A DNA stretch of 64,000 bases from Deltaproteobacteria bacterium (GTDB taxonomy: Bacteria; Desulfobacterota; GWC2-55-46): NCBI GenBank assembly GCA_016182655.1, contig JACPGB010000017.1, positions 1,110 to 65,109 of the forward strand. Direction: 5' to 3'. The translations under genes and the position numbers were made by a program. Below are positions 50,202 through 59,725 of the stretch, one piece after another (position 1 is the first letter of the stretch; each line of letters opens with the position of its first letter). The notes beneath the pieces are model-generated. The model worked only from the letters and a program-made list of their open reading frames with translations. It was not told where the DNA came from and did no database searches.

Positions 50202-50948
50202 ATGAAAAAAATAATATTATTGATGGTTTTTCTTTTGACAACAGCCGGGTGCACGGTAACTCACAAGATCATGATAGGCGAGCGGTTTGCGGCGGTGGTC
50301 CCTGAGAAGGTCTTATTTATTAAAGAACCAGCTACGGATGGCAAGGGGTTCGTTGCTTTGAAACCTGTATTGTTTGAAATCGAAGGGGTTGAATGCGGTC
50401 AGGGCAAAAAAGATGTGGAGTGCATATTAGAGTTGGATGAGAAACAAAATTTGAAAGATGCAGATACGATATTTTATAAAATAAAAATCGAGCGTAAAGA
50501 TACCGGATATATCACGGCAGACTATTTTTTCGACCATAGATTTTCCAGGTATCTTCTGCCGCTTGGTCCTAAAAACCAGATCGGATATTTTGCCCGAGCG
50601 GCTACCGCCTTTGATATCAAGACCGATTACGACACGATGTGGAGGGTCGTCGTGGACAGTATCGATGAGCTCGGGTATGTGTCTGCCCAGATGAAGAAAG
50701 AGGACGGATACATAGAGACCTATATAAAAAATGACGGGGACACGAGGAGCAAACTGAGCGCGAGGGTCTCAAGACAGGATGAGTACATGTTAGTCATCGT
50801 AAACGCCAATTCAGAGAATCTGTTGAAGACAAAGGAACACAAGCTCTGGTACGACAACGGCCAGAGCGGCATTTATGCGGAAAGGCTTCTGGACAAGATA
50901 CGGTTGAAGTTCTTTGTGATGCACAGGATGAATGAATCAAAGCCGTAG
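50202..50948 (+). CDS. Lipoprotein A1 (BamC-like C-terminal domain suspected)
   Basis: MKKIILLMVFLLTTAG-C lipobox; GGAGG RBS; AT-richer than flanks. Confidence 0.8.
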   Translation: MKKIILLMVFLLTTAGCTVTHKIMIGERFAAVVPEKVLFIKEPATDGKGFVALKPVLFEIEGVECGQGKKDVECILELDEKQNLKDADTIFYKIKIERKDTGYITADYFFDHRFSRYLLPLGPKNQIGYFARAATAFDIKTDYDTMWRVVVDSIDELGYVSAQMKKEDGYIETYIKNDGDTRSKLSARVSRQDEYMLVIVNANSENLLKTKEHKLWYDNGQSGIYAERLLDKIRLKFFVMHRMNESKP

Positions 50949-51014
50949 AGGACTTTTATTAAGAGGAGACAAAAAGGCGCAAACCTTTCATGTCATAAGA
51001 ACAGGAAGCCGAAT

Positions 51015-51785
51015 ATGAGAAAACTTATATTATTATGCGCTGTTTTTTTGATCCTTATCTGCTCGTGCACATATATTCCGACTATTCCGACTCATAACTT
51101 TATGATCGGGGAGCGGTATGCGGCTATCGTGCCTGAGAAGGTCCTTTTCTTCAAAGGACCTTCAAATAATACAGAACCTTTCAGGATGGAGAAACCTGAA
51201 GAGTTTGTAATCGAAGGGGTGGAGTGTACCATAAGGACAGAGAAAGGGGATTGTCCATTCGATTTCAATATACGGGCGGGCATGCCGAATAACGCTTGTG
51301 ATGTTTTTTATAGGGTCAGGCTTGAAGAGGAAGGGACGGCTTATTTAAGCGCTCTCTATATTTTCAGCCAAAAAATATCAGGGTTTTTGCTCCCGCTCGG
51401 GCCAAAGAGGGAGCAGAGCTGGGGAGACGATACTTTCGAGGTAAGGGCCGGTTTTGATGAGATGTGGGATATTGTGATAAGGGCGGTCCACGACCTCGGA
51501 TATACGATATCCCAAGTGAGAAAAGAGGATGGATATTTATCAACCCATACCCAAGACGAGGGTGAATTCAGGAGCCGCATGGCTATCTGGCTTACAATGA
51601 ACGGAGATTACTCGAGGATAGAGGTAGATGCCACATCGGAACAGCGATATCGTACAAAGGACAAGATTACCGGCGAGGTGCATGTTTCCTGGTACGGAGG
51701 AGGCAAGTCAAGGTACTATCAATATCAATTTCTGGATAAGGTACGGCAGAGGCTGTGGGCGTCTTATAAAGAGGCTAAGAAATAA
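51015..51785 (+). CDS. Lipoprotein B1, paralogue of A1
   Basis: MRKLILLCAVFLILICS-C lipobox; shared IEGVEC, LGY and KEDGY motifs. Confidence 0.8.
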   Translation: MRKLILLCAVFLILICSCTYIPTIPTHNFMIGERYAAIVPEKVLFFKGPSNNTEPFRMEKPEEFVIEGVECTIRTEKGDCPFDFNIRAGMPNNACDVFYRVRLEEEGTAYLSALYIFSQKISGFLLPLGPKREQSWGDDTFEVRAGFDEMWDIVIRAVHDLGYTISQVRKEDGYLSTHTQDEGEFRSRMAIWLTMNGDYSRIEVDATSEQRYRTKDKITGEVHVSWYGGGKSRYYQYQFLDKVRQRLWASYKEAKK

Positions 51786-51788
51786 AAT

Positions 51789-51914
51789 ATGGGAGTGAAC
51801 GATGGCCAAGCGCTTCATTATAAACAAAGGTTACTGGACAGGATACTGGGGAAGTTTTTTGAGCTACACAGGTCGGCTGACCCCAAGCCGCAGAGGGCCG
51901 ATCAGGTAGATTAA
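51789..51914 (+). pseudogene. Orphan C-terminal fragment of an A-type lipoprotein
   Basis: DGQALHYKQRLLDRILGKFFELHR matches the A2 end DGWAFQYKERLLDKIKWKFFELHR. Confidence 0.8.
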
Positions 51915-51962
51915 GCCTTTCTGATCGTTAGGCAGGACCTTTAAACGATTTTGGAGGGTAAG

Positions 51963-52715
51963 ATGAAAAAAATAATATTATTGGCTATTTTACTTTTAAT
52001 CTCCACCGGGTGCTCGATTACTGTAACCCATAAAATGATGGTAGGCGAGGAGTTTGCCCTGATCGTCCCAGAGAAGATCGCTTTCAGCAAAACCCCATCT
52101 GCGGATGGAGAGACTTTTTTTGCCTGGAAACCTGTAAGTTTCGTAATAGAGGGGGTTGAATGCGGCCAGGGCAAAAAGGATGGGGAATGCATCTTGGATT
52201 TGGATGAGAACAAAAGACTCAAAGATGTCAAAACCGTTTTCTATAAAATAAAGCTTGAAAACTGTATACCCGGATATATCGCGGGGGATTATTTTTTCGA
52301 CCCTGATTCGTTGAAGTATTTCATCGATATCGGGCCGAAATATCAGATCGGGTACGCCGCGCGCCAGACCAATTATTTTGATGTCAAGACCAGTTACGAC
52401 AGAATGTGGCGGGTCGTCAGGAACAGTATAGACGAGCTCGGGTATGTCATGTCCCAGATGGACAAAGAGGACGGGTACATGACGACAAATATTAAAAATG
52501 ACGGGGACACGAGGAGCAAATTGAGCGTCTGGCTATCAAAACATGGTGAGTACATTGAGGTCACTGTGGGCGCCAGATCGGAGCATCTGTTTAAGACGCA
52601 GCAATATAAACGATGGGAACCCGATGGCTGGGCGTTTCAGTATAAGGAAAGGCTGCTGGACAAGATAAAATGGAAGTTTTTTGAGCTTCACAGGATGGAC
52701 GAGGCGGCGCAGTAG
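51963..52715 (+). CDS. Lipoprotein A2
   Basis: MKKIILLAILLLISTG-C lipobox; close paralogue of A1. Confidence 0.8.
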   Translation: MKKIILLAILLLISTGCSITVTHKMMVGEEFALIVPEKIAFSKTPSADGETFFAWKPVSFVIEGVECGQGKKDGECILDLDENKRLKDVKTVFYKIKLENCIPGYIAGDYFFDPDSLKYFIDIGPKYQIGYAARQTNYFDVKTSYDRMWRVVRNSIDELGYVMSQMDKEDGYMTTNIKNDGDTRSKLSVWLSKHGEYIEVTVGARSEHLFKTQQYKRWEPDGWAFQYKERLLDKIKWKFFELHRMDEAAQ

Positions 52716-52887
52716 GAATTCCTAAGGAGAGCCACCTGGCACAAGACACTGGATTCCCGCTTAAGGCACGCGGGAATGACGAAATAGTTTTGCGGATCAA
52801 TTCCTGAGTAGGATTATGTAAAGGTCTTTTTAAGAGGTGGAATAACAAGGCGCAAACCTTTCATGTCATAAGAACAGAAAGCCGAAT

Positions 52888-53640
52888 ATGAGAAAACTTA
52901 TATTATTATGCGCTGTTTTTTTGATCCTTATCTGCTCGTGCACATATATTCCGACTATTCCGACTCATAACTTCATGATAGGAGAGCGATATGCCGTTAT
53001 CATACCCGAGAAGGTCCATTTGCTAAAGCGGCCCTCGGCCAATGCAGAACCTTTCGAGGTGGAGAGGCCCGAAGAGTTTGTAATCGAAGGGGTGGAGTGC
53101 ACCATTAGGACTGAGAAAGGCGATTGTCCGTTAGATGCCAAAACCTCCAAAGACGTTTTCTACAGGATCAGGTTTGAAGGGGGAGAGGAGGCCTTTTTAA
53201 GAACTTTTTATATTTTCGGGCGGGGGACATCAGGCTATCTGCTCCCGCTCGGGCCAAGAAGGGAGCAGAACTGGAAAGGAGAGGATACCTTCGAGGTAAG
53301 GGCCGGTTTTGATGAGATGTGGGATATTGCGGTCAGGGCGGTCCATGACCTCGGTTATACGATAACCCAGATGAGAAAAGAGGATGGTTATCTATCGACC
53401 GATACCAGAGAAGAAGGCAACAGCAGAAGCCGCCTGGCCGTCTGGCTTTCGATGGACCGGTTTTACGCGAGGGTAGAGGTCGATGCCACATCGGAGTATC
53501 GAAGTCGGACAAAGGACAGGACGACCGGGCAGGAGCAAGTCTCTCCCTGGTACGAAGGCGGCAAGTCATATTACCAATATCAATTTATGGACAGGATACG
53601 GCAGAGGTTGTGGGCGTCTTATAAAGAGGCGAAGAAATAA
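52888..53640 (+). CDS. Lipoprotein B2
   Basis: N-terminus identical to B1; close paralogue. Confidence 0.8.
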   Translation: MRKLILLCAVFLILICSCTYIPTIPTHNFMIGERYAVIIPEKVHLLKRPSANAEPFEVERPEEFVIEGVECTIRTEKGDCPLDAKTSKDVFYRIRFEGGEEAFLRTFYIFGRGTSGYLLPLGPRREQNWKGEDTFEVRAGFDEMWDIAVRAVHDLGYTITQMRKEDGYLSTDTREEGNSRSRLAVWLSMDRFYARVEVDATSEYRSRTKDRTTGQEQVSPWYEGGKSYYQYQFMDRIRQRLWASYKEAKK

Positions 53641-53656
53641 AACTTCGGGGTGAACG

Positions 53657-54511
53657 ATGGCTTCATGGGCGAAGGTAAAAATATATTACGACACGCTCCT
53701 CGGGCAGAAGGGGGCGGCGCTTACGGCCTCGACTGAGGCCTCGGAGGGGGACTCTGTTGAGAACATAACAGGTATGACCGAGACTACGATGTGGAAGGCG
53801 GCGGACCTTACGGACCCGCACTATATAACGCTAGACACCGGGCTCGGGGCGGTCCGGTCGTCGGCGGACTACATCGCCATTTACGGACACAACCTCGGGA
53901 CTGCGAGCGCGGAGGTCACGCTACAATATTCGGAAGACGGGGTGAATTATACGGACGCTTTCCAGGCTACATGCGTAAGGTCGGACAAGGCCTTCCTGAA
54001 GGAGTTTACGAACCCCGGGGCGAAGAGGTACTGGAGGGTCAAGATAACCGGCCACGGGGTGGAGCCGTGTATTTCGATATGCGCGTGGGGGGTGGCGACA
54101 GAATTGGATTACGCGAGCTCAAGCTACGACCCCAATGAGGAGGAGGCCGTGGCCGAGGTGAATCTCAGCTACGGCGGGCATGTCGCGGGCATACATTCGA
54201 GGTACACGGAAAAGTCGATGTCCCTTAAGTTCGAGGACGTGGACGTGAGGCCCAGCGGGTACTTCGCCGACGGCGCGTACAGGGCCGACGGGGCGATCAC
54301 GGCAAAGGGGTCTGATACGGTGACCCTGTACGAAAAGGTAAGGCGCTGGTGGGACATATCCGGCATGAGGAACTTTTTTGTCGGGTGGGATACCGCCGGA
54401 AAACCGGCGGAGGTCTTCCTCATGAGGCCGGAGGGGAAGTTCAAGAACCCCTTAAAGGGCGGCGGGTGCTACAGGGACATTTCCATTAAACTCAAGGGGC
54501 GGAAGGAGTAG
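53657..54511 (+). CDS. Distal tail-like protein with discoidin/CBM-like domain
   Basis: Position after tape measure; IYGHNL, LQYS.DG, RYWRVKI motifs. Confidence 0.6.
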   Translation: MASWAKVKIYYDTLLGQKGAALTASTEASEGDSVENITGMTETTMWKAADLTDPHYITLDTGLGAVRSSADYIAIYGHNLGTASAEVTLQYSEDGVNYTDAFQATCVRSDKAFLKEFTNPGAKRYWRVKITGHGVEPCISICAWGVATELDYASSSYDPNEEEAVAEVNLSYGGHVAGIHSRYTEKSMSLKFEDVDVRPSGYFADGAYRADGAITAKGSDTVTLYEKVRRWWDISGMRNFFVGWDTAGKPAEVFLMRPEGKFKNPLKGGGCYRDISIKLKGRKE

Positions 54512-54514
54512 TGC

Positions 54515-56170
54515 ATGGCGGACCAGAGGATACAGTACACAGAGGAGCTCGTAGGCGCGAACCACGCGACCAAGTCGGACACCATAAACAGGCTCTCGCT
54601 CGTAGAGCACAATAACGACGGGACCCACAAGAGTGCGAACATTTATTCGGACCTCGTCGCAAAGAGGCCCTGGGTGGATGTAAGGGCGTTCGGGGCAACC
54701 GGCGACGGGGCGACCGACGACACGGCGGCGATACAGGACGCGATAAACTACGCGGCCGCAAACGGCCTCAATGTATACGCGCCCGAGGGGCACTACAAGT
54801 TCACGAACCTCTACTTCCACTACCACGCGACAAGCAACCCCGGCTGGCCGCAGACCGCCGGGTTTGAGGGCAAGCTCGCCTTCTTCGGCGACGGCGCGGT
54901 ATCGGGATACAACTATGCGAACGACGTCTGGAAGCGGACGGTGCTGGAGTCGACCGACGCAACGGGCCCGGCTATCATGATAGACGGCTCCGGGGTGGGT
55001 GCGAGACTGTCGAACTTCAAGATATCGGGGATGTCGATAATCGCGAACAACACGACCTCGGTCTTCGACATCGACGTAGGCAACTACTACTTCATCCTCG
55101 AGGAGCTCTTCATAGGCCAGAAGGGGGCCGGAGGCGGGATACTCGCCGAGGGCATATACACGAACTTCTGGAGGGACGTGAGGATATACGGCGCGGGGAA
55201 GACTGTCTCCGGCTGTGGTCTTACCGTACGCTCCGTCGCCGGGCAGAACGGGGGCGGAAACAACATATTCATAAACGTCTCGACATATAACTTCGAGAGA
55301 GGCTGGGAGATCGGGCACGCCACATACGGCTCAGGGGAGATAATAACGACCGTCGATTGCATAGGGTGCGAGGCCTCGACGCACAAGACCTACGGCGTAC
55401 TCGTGGGGCACGGGGCCAAGAACTTCAACTGGATAGGGTCGTACATAGAGAAGATACAGGACGGGGCGAGCGGGGGCATAGGCATGCTGGTAAAGCACCG
55501 CGCACAGTGCACGCTCGTAAAGGGTTCCTGGTTCTCGGATAACGACATCGGCCTTCAGCTCGGGACGAACGACGCTGACGCGAACCAGAGGGCCTTCGAC
55601 ATGGCCGCAGTCGAAGGGTGCAACTTCCAGAACATCCTCGTCGACGGCGTGCGCAAATACTCGGGCCTCTACAGCATAGGCGGGATAATAAGAGGGAACA
55701 AGTTCGGACAGAGCGCCTCGGCCCCGGGGGCGACATCGGGCGTCTGGGCGGAGGACGCGGCCCACAGGGGATTATCGGTTGAGGACAACGAGTTCTCGAC
55801 GGGGCTTACTACCCCTATCGTCAACGCGCACAGGGTTAATGTGCTTAAGAACCAGAGCGCCAACCGGACCTCGGTAATAAAGATGAGCGACGTAGTGTCT
55901 TTTGCGGCGAACGACGCGACCCCGGACGTATCCGACGGGAGGGTATTCAAGACGGCGAACACGGCGACTACCGTGATCACTGCCCTGGACAACGGCATCG
56001 CCGGGCAGGAGGCGATAATCATCTTCGGGGACGCCAATACCACGGTGGACTTTACGGGAACTAACCTCAAGGGCAACGGCGGGACGGATTTTACGGCGTC
56101 CTTCGGGGACACCATGAGCGCCGTATTCGACGGGACTAACTGGTATTGCGCGGTAGCCAACAACACATAA
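54515..56170 (+). CDS. Tailspike, pectate-lyase-like beta-helix
   Basis: DVRAFGATGDGATDDTAAIQDAI, VYAPEGHY. Confidence 0.85.
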   Translation: MADQRIQYTEELVGANHATKSDTINRLSLVEHNNDGTHKSANIYSDLVAKRPWVDVRAFGATGDGATDDTAAIQDAINYAAANGLNVYAPEGHYKFTNLYFHYHATSNPGWPQTAGFEGKLAFFGDGAVSGYNYANDVWKRTVLESTDATGPAIMIDGSGVGARLSNFKISGMSIIANNTTSVFDIDVGNYYFILEELFIGQKGAGGGILAEGIYTNFWRDVRIYGAGKTVSGCGLTVRSVAGQNGGGNNIFINVSTYNFERGWEIGHATYGSGEIITTVDCIGCEASTHKTYGVLVGHGAKNFNWIGSYIEKIQDGASGGIGMLVKHRAQCTLVKGSWFSDNDIGLQLGTNDADANQRAFDMAAVEGCNFQNILVDGVRKYSGLYSIGGIIRGNKFGQSASAPGATSGVWAEDAAHRGLSVEDNEFSTGLTTPIVNAHRVNVLKNQSANRTSVIKMSDVVSFAANDATPDVSDGRVFKTANTATTVITALDNGIAGQEAIIIFGDANTTVDFTGTNLKGNGGTDFTASFGDTMSAVFDGTNWYCAVANNT

Positions 56171-56179
56171 GAGGCCGGG

Positions 56180-57784
56180 ATGGGACTTACGGAGAGATAT
56201 CTCAAGGAACTGAAGGAAAACGTGAATGTCCCGAACGTAGTCCTCGAATTCGAGCTGGACTCGGGGATGAGGAAGTTCGGGTTTCACACTGGCGGGTTTT
56301 TCGATATCGTCCCGTGTCTCAAGTCCGTATCCTCGTTCCAATCCAAGCTCGACACGAAAAAGGGCTACACGACGAGGGGCGAGATAACGGCGGTGATCAC
56401 CGGGAGGGAGAACTTCCGGGGGCTTCTTAACGGCGAATACCTCAAAAACCGGAGGGTGACGAGGAAGGACGGCTTTGTCGCGGAGGGGTTCCGCTACTCG
56501 GATTACACGGCGACATATTCCGGGATAGTCTCGGACTGGTCGAGGAAGGGCGACGATCTCACGGTTACCATTTCAGACGACCTTATCGACGCCACAACGA
56601 AGATACCCGAGGAGAAAGAGGACAACACCCAGTACATAAGCTATCTCGGGATGAACCCGGCCGACATCATGGCGGACATGCTCGTAAACCGGCTCGGGGT
56701 CTCAGGCGCTTGCGTGGATACGGCAAAGTTCGCCTCGGAGCGCGACCTCTGGCTGAACGGCTGGAAGTTCTCGCGCGTCATTACCGAGCCCGAGGCCGCG
56801 AACGAGTACCTTAACGAGCTCCAGGCCGAGACGAATTCCTTCATAATACACGACGGGGAGAGGATATCGCTTAAGGTCTACGCGCCGCCGATGCCAGGAG
56901 AGACGGTCGAGGAGTGGACGGATAAAGAGATACTGGATGAGAGCTTCTCGCAGAAGAGCGGGTACAGGGACAATTTCTACAACAGGGTCGTCGTCTACTA
57001 CGACTACGACGAGTCCGGGAGCGGCGGGACAGAGAACTTCGAATCCGCCGTGATAGCGTTGGACGCGGCTTCGGAGGACTCGACCCAGTGGGACGAGTCC
57101 TCCACGAAAACTGTGAAGGCGAAGTGGATCAGGTCTTATACTTTCTCGCAGGCCTCGAACATCACGGGAGTGGTGGTGTATCACGCCTCAAAGTCCAACG
57201 GCGAGGGGAGCGGCACCCTCTCGTACAATAAGGCGGGAAATACCCTCCAATGGACTCCTCCTGGAGGCACGGCTGGGACAGCGGTCGAGGTCGCTGAGAG
57301 CGGAAGGTATGACGTAAGCGGCGCGGACGGCTCGATGCTTATAAGGGTAATAGTGGACGCCGGGGCGCTCCCTGCCTCTGACGCAACCGACTATATAGCG
57401 ATATCGCCCTTGAACGGTCCGGCGCTCGCTTCGTCTGTAGCGAATAAGCTCCTGAACTTCTACCGCGACCCGTCTTCGACGGTCTCCTTCGAGGTGGATA
57501 TCAACAACGGGACCTCGAACGGGCGGTTCATAAGGCCGGCGGACCTTAAGGAGATAACCACCGACGAGGCGTCCGACAAGGGTTTGTCGAGCTGGAAGCG
57601 GGAGCGCGTGATGATAACGTCCGTAAGGCCCGATATCGCGGCCGGCAAAGTGGCGGTCGAGGCGATGAGGGCGAAGATGATGCGTAACTACGGGTTCGTG
57701 GCGCAAGCGTCCACCGTCGATTTCGGGGCGGCCTCGAAGGAGACGCGCGCATACGGCTTCGTGGCAAGGTCACATATCTGGTAG
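56180..57784 (+). CDS. Baseplate hub/tail tip protein
   Basis: YSG.V...R, NPADIM.DML, FYNRVVVYY motifs; position. Confidence 0.7.
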   Translation: MGLTERYLKELKENVNVPNVVLEFELDSGMRKFGFHTGGFFDIVPCLKSVSSFQSKLDTKKGYTTRGEITAVITGRENFRGLLNGEYLKNRRVTRKDGFVAEGFRYSDYTATYSGIVSDWSRKGDDLTVTISDDLIDATTKIPEEKEDNTQYISYLGMNPADIMADMLVNRLGVSGACVDTAKFASERDLWLNGWKFSRVITEPEAANEYLNELQAETNSFIIHDGERISLKVYAPPMPGETVEEWTDKEILDESFSQKSGYRDNFYNRVVVYYDYDESGSGGTENFESAVIALDAASEDSTQWDESSTKTVKAKWIRSYTFSQASNITGVVVYHASKSNGEGSGTLSYNKAGNTLQWTPPGGTAGTAVEVAESGRYDVSGADGSMLIRVIVDAGALPASDATDYIAISPLNGPALASSVANKLLNFYRDPSSTVSFEVDINNGTSNGRFIRPADLKEITTDEASDKGLSSWKRERVMITSVRPDIAAGKVAVEAMRAKMMRNYGFVAQASTVDFGAASKETRAYGFVARSHIW

Positions 57785-57796
57785 GAGGAGGGGAAA

Positions 57797-58327
57797 ATGG
57801 CTTATCCGAGCAAGACCTTTACGACTATTTCCGATTCGGCGATCGACGCGGATAGCCCCATTGACGTCTCGCTCATGACGTCGTTTCGGGATAACGACAT
57901 ACATTTGAAGGAATGGCTCGGCCGCGATTATTCGGCAGAGCCGAATCACAGCCACGACGGCGTTAACAGCAAATCGATCTCAGGAGGAGAGACCCTCCTC
58001 ATGGACAGGGACGCAATGACGATCTCGCAGTCGTTCGTGACAGTCGATACCGTAATGCTTTACATACCCGCTGACCTGACCGCGCTCTCATACTGCGCGA
58101 GGACAAAGGTGGAGCTCGCTGGCCGCGCCGACATGAGGCTTAAGATCGGGGCGACGGACGGGACCACGGTTCAGGGGACGCCGGACTCGACGGTGTACGC
58201 CTGGTACGGCCCCGGAACGATAGACGTATCCGCCTTGAGCGGATGGCAGGCATTTGAGGTACAGCTATCGCATTCTGCCGGGAACTATAACGCGTACATC
58301 GACAAGGCCGTCGGCAGGATGACTTAG
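57797..58327 (+). CDS. Small tail fibre/tip protein
   Basis: IDADSPI...RDN...HSHDG motif. Confidence 0.6.
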   Translation: MAYPSKTFTTISDSAIDADSPIDVSLMTSFRDNDIHLKEWLGRDYSAEPNHSHDGVNSKSISGGETLLMDRDAMTISQSFVTVDTVMLYIPADLTALSYCARTKVELAGRADMRLKIGATDGTTVQGTPDSTVYAWYGPGTIDVSALSGWQAFEVQLSHSAGNYNAYIDKAVGRMT

Positions 58328-58338
58328 GGGAGGTCGGG

Positions 58339-58662
58339 ATGGAAGAAAGACTCATAAGGGTGGAAGAGGGGCTTAAAGCCGTTTCCGGGGACCTCTTCGA
58401 GATAAAGGAGGCGCTGAAAGACATCGCGGTCTCCCTTAAGACGCTTGCGGTACTCGAAGAGCGGCATAACGCCGTTACGGACTCGATAAAGCGGGCCTTC
58501 AAGCTCATAAGAAAAAACACCGAGCGGCTGGATTCGGTTGAGAAGGCCCTTCCGAGCCTCGTCATGGCCTCAGGGTGGGTCTTCAAGGCCGTTATCTATG
58601 TCATGGCGGTCCTCGGGCTTGGCGCAGTGGGGACCATAATAAGCGGCGTGCTAAAGGCCTAA
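58339..58662 (+). CDS. Coiled-coil protein with C-terminal TM (XhlA/holin-like)
   Basis: Heptad N-terminus, single C-terminal hydrophobic helix, precedes the endolysin. Confidence 0.6.
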   Translation: MEERLIRVEEGLKAVSGDLFEIKEALKDIAVSLKTLAVLEERHNAVTDSIKRAFKLIRKNTERLDSVEKALPSLVMASGWVFKAVIYVMAVLGLGAVGTIISGVLKA

Positions 58663-58672
58663 AGAGGGAGAG

Positions 58673-59101
58673 ATGCAGATAACCGAGAACTTCAGCCTCG
58701 AAGAGCTGACTAAAACATCGACGGGGCTTCCGAACCTGCCAGGCAAGGCGGAGACGGAAAAGCTCCTGCTGACCGCGGCATACCTGCTCGAGCCCGTCAG
58801 GAAAAGGTGGGGAAAGATAAGGGTTACAAGCGCGTTTCGCTCTGAAGCCGTTAACGCGCGCGTCGGCGGCTCATCAACGAGCCAGCACGTGAAAGGGGAG
58901 GCCGCCGACATCGTACCGGTCGACGCGGACCTGGACGAAGTCTTCGGGTGGATTGCGAAAGACGGGGGGATATGCTTCGGGCAGGCGATACGGGAGAAGA
59001 AGGGCGGCTCTGACTGGATACATTTGTCGCTCCCGAGGGTCGGAGGGCCGAACCAGCAGAGGCTCGTCTATGACGGCAAGGGGTATGCGCCGTATGTGTG
59101 A
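58673..59101 (+). CDS. Endolysin, peptidase M15A family
   Basis: NFSLEEL, SAFRS..VN..VGG...SQH..GEAAD, WIHLS. Confidence 0.9.
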   Translation: MQITENFSLEELTKTSTGLPNLPGKAETEKLLLTAAYLLEPVRKRWGKIRVTSAFRSEAVNARVGGSSTSQHVKGEAADIVPVDADLDEVFGWIAKDGGICFGQAIREKKGGSDWIHLSLPRVGGPNQQRLVYDGKGYAPYV

Positions 59102-59285
59102 CGGGGTGCGGTTATCGCCTGATGAAGCGGATAGGGGACGGTTCAATGGTGATAAGGCGGGGGGGAATGCCTTTTTACCCTCCCCTCAATCCCCTCCCAT
59201 CGAGGGAGGGGAAGTATTAGAAGATACCCGGCTTCTTGCGGCATGGTAGTTTATTTTTGCGGATGAAATCAAGGAGGCAGGTGAG

Positions 59286-59708
59286 ATGACGCCGGTCATA
59301 GGGGACCTGATAACTAATACAGTCGGCAAGGTCGTGGGGAAGCTTGCGGACAGGTATCTGCCTTCCACGATGGGCGAGGTCGAGAGGGCCGAGTTCCAAA
59401 AAGAGGCTGAGAGGCTCGCACTCGAGGAGTACAAGACAGCCGTACAGGATGTTGCTACGGCGAGGGAGCTTGCAGGAAAGGAGAGCGACGGCGCGCCTGG
59501 CTGGACGAAGGTGCTGACGGTTACTCACAGGCCGGCGTGGAGTTTCCTCGTGCTCGGGATATTCGCCTGGACCATAGCCGCGCCGTACGCGGGTTTTCCG
59601 GCCTTTCCGTTGACAGAGGTCCACAAGGAAGTCATGCAGACGGTCATCATATTTTATTTCGGCGGCAGGTCGATTGAGAAGGCGGCCGGGATTGTGTGGG
59701 GAAAATAA
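59286..59708 (+). CDS. 3TM holin (GTA_holin_3TM-like)
   Basis: RPAW..TM..TM FYFGGRSIEK signature. Confidence 0.75.
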   Translation: MTPVIGDLITNTVGKVVGKLADRYLPSTMGEVERAEFQKEAERLALEEYKTAVQDVATARELAGKESDGAPGWTKVLTVTHRPAWSFLVLGIFAWTIAAPYAGFPAFPLTEVHKEVMQTVIIFYFGGRSIEKAAGIVWGK

Positions 59709-59725
59709 CTTATAGAGGGTCATTG

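Noticed and set aside
50202-53640. Invertase-driven shufflon
   Set aside because: All copies are in direct orientation, and no recombinase or inverted crossover sites were seen.
47169-58327. Contractile tailocin or eCIS
   Set aside because: No sheath or baseplate wedge genes recognised; capsid, portal and terminase are present.
30948-59218. 36-bp direct repeat as attL/attR of a prophage
   Set aside because: It would enclose core ychF and exclude the holin; it belongs to a dispersed palindrome family.
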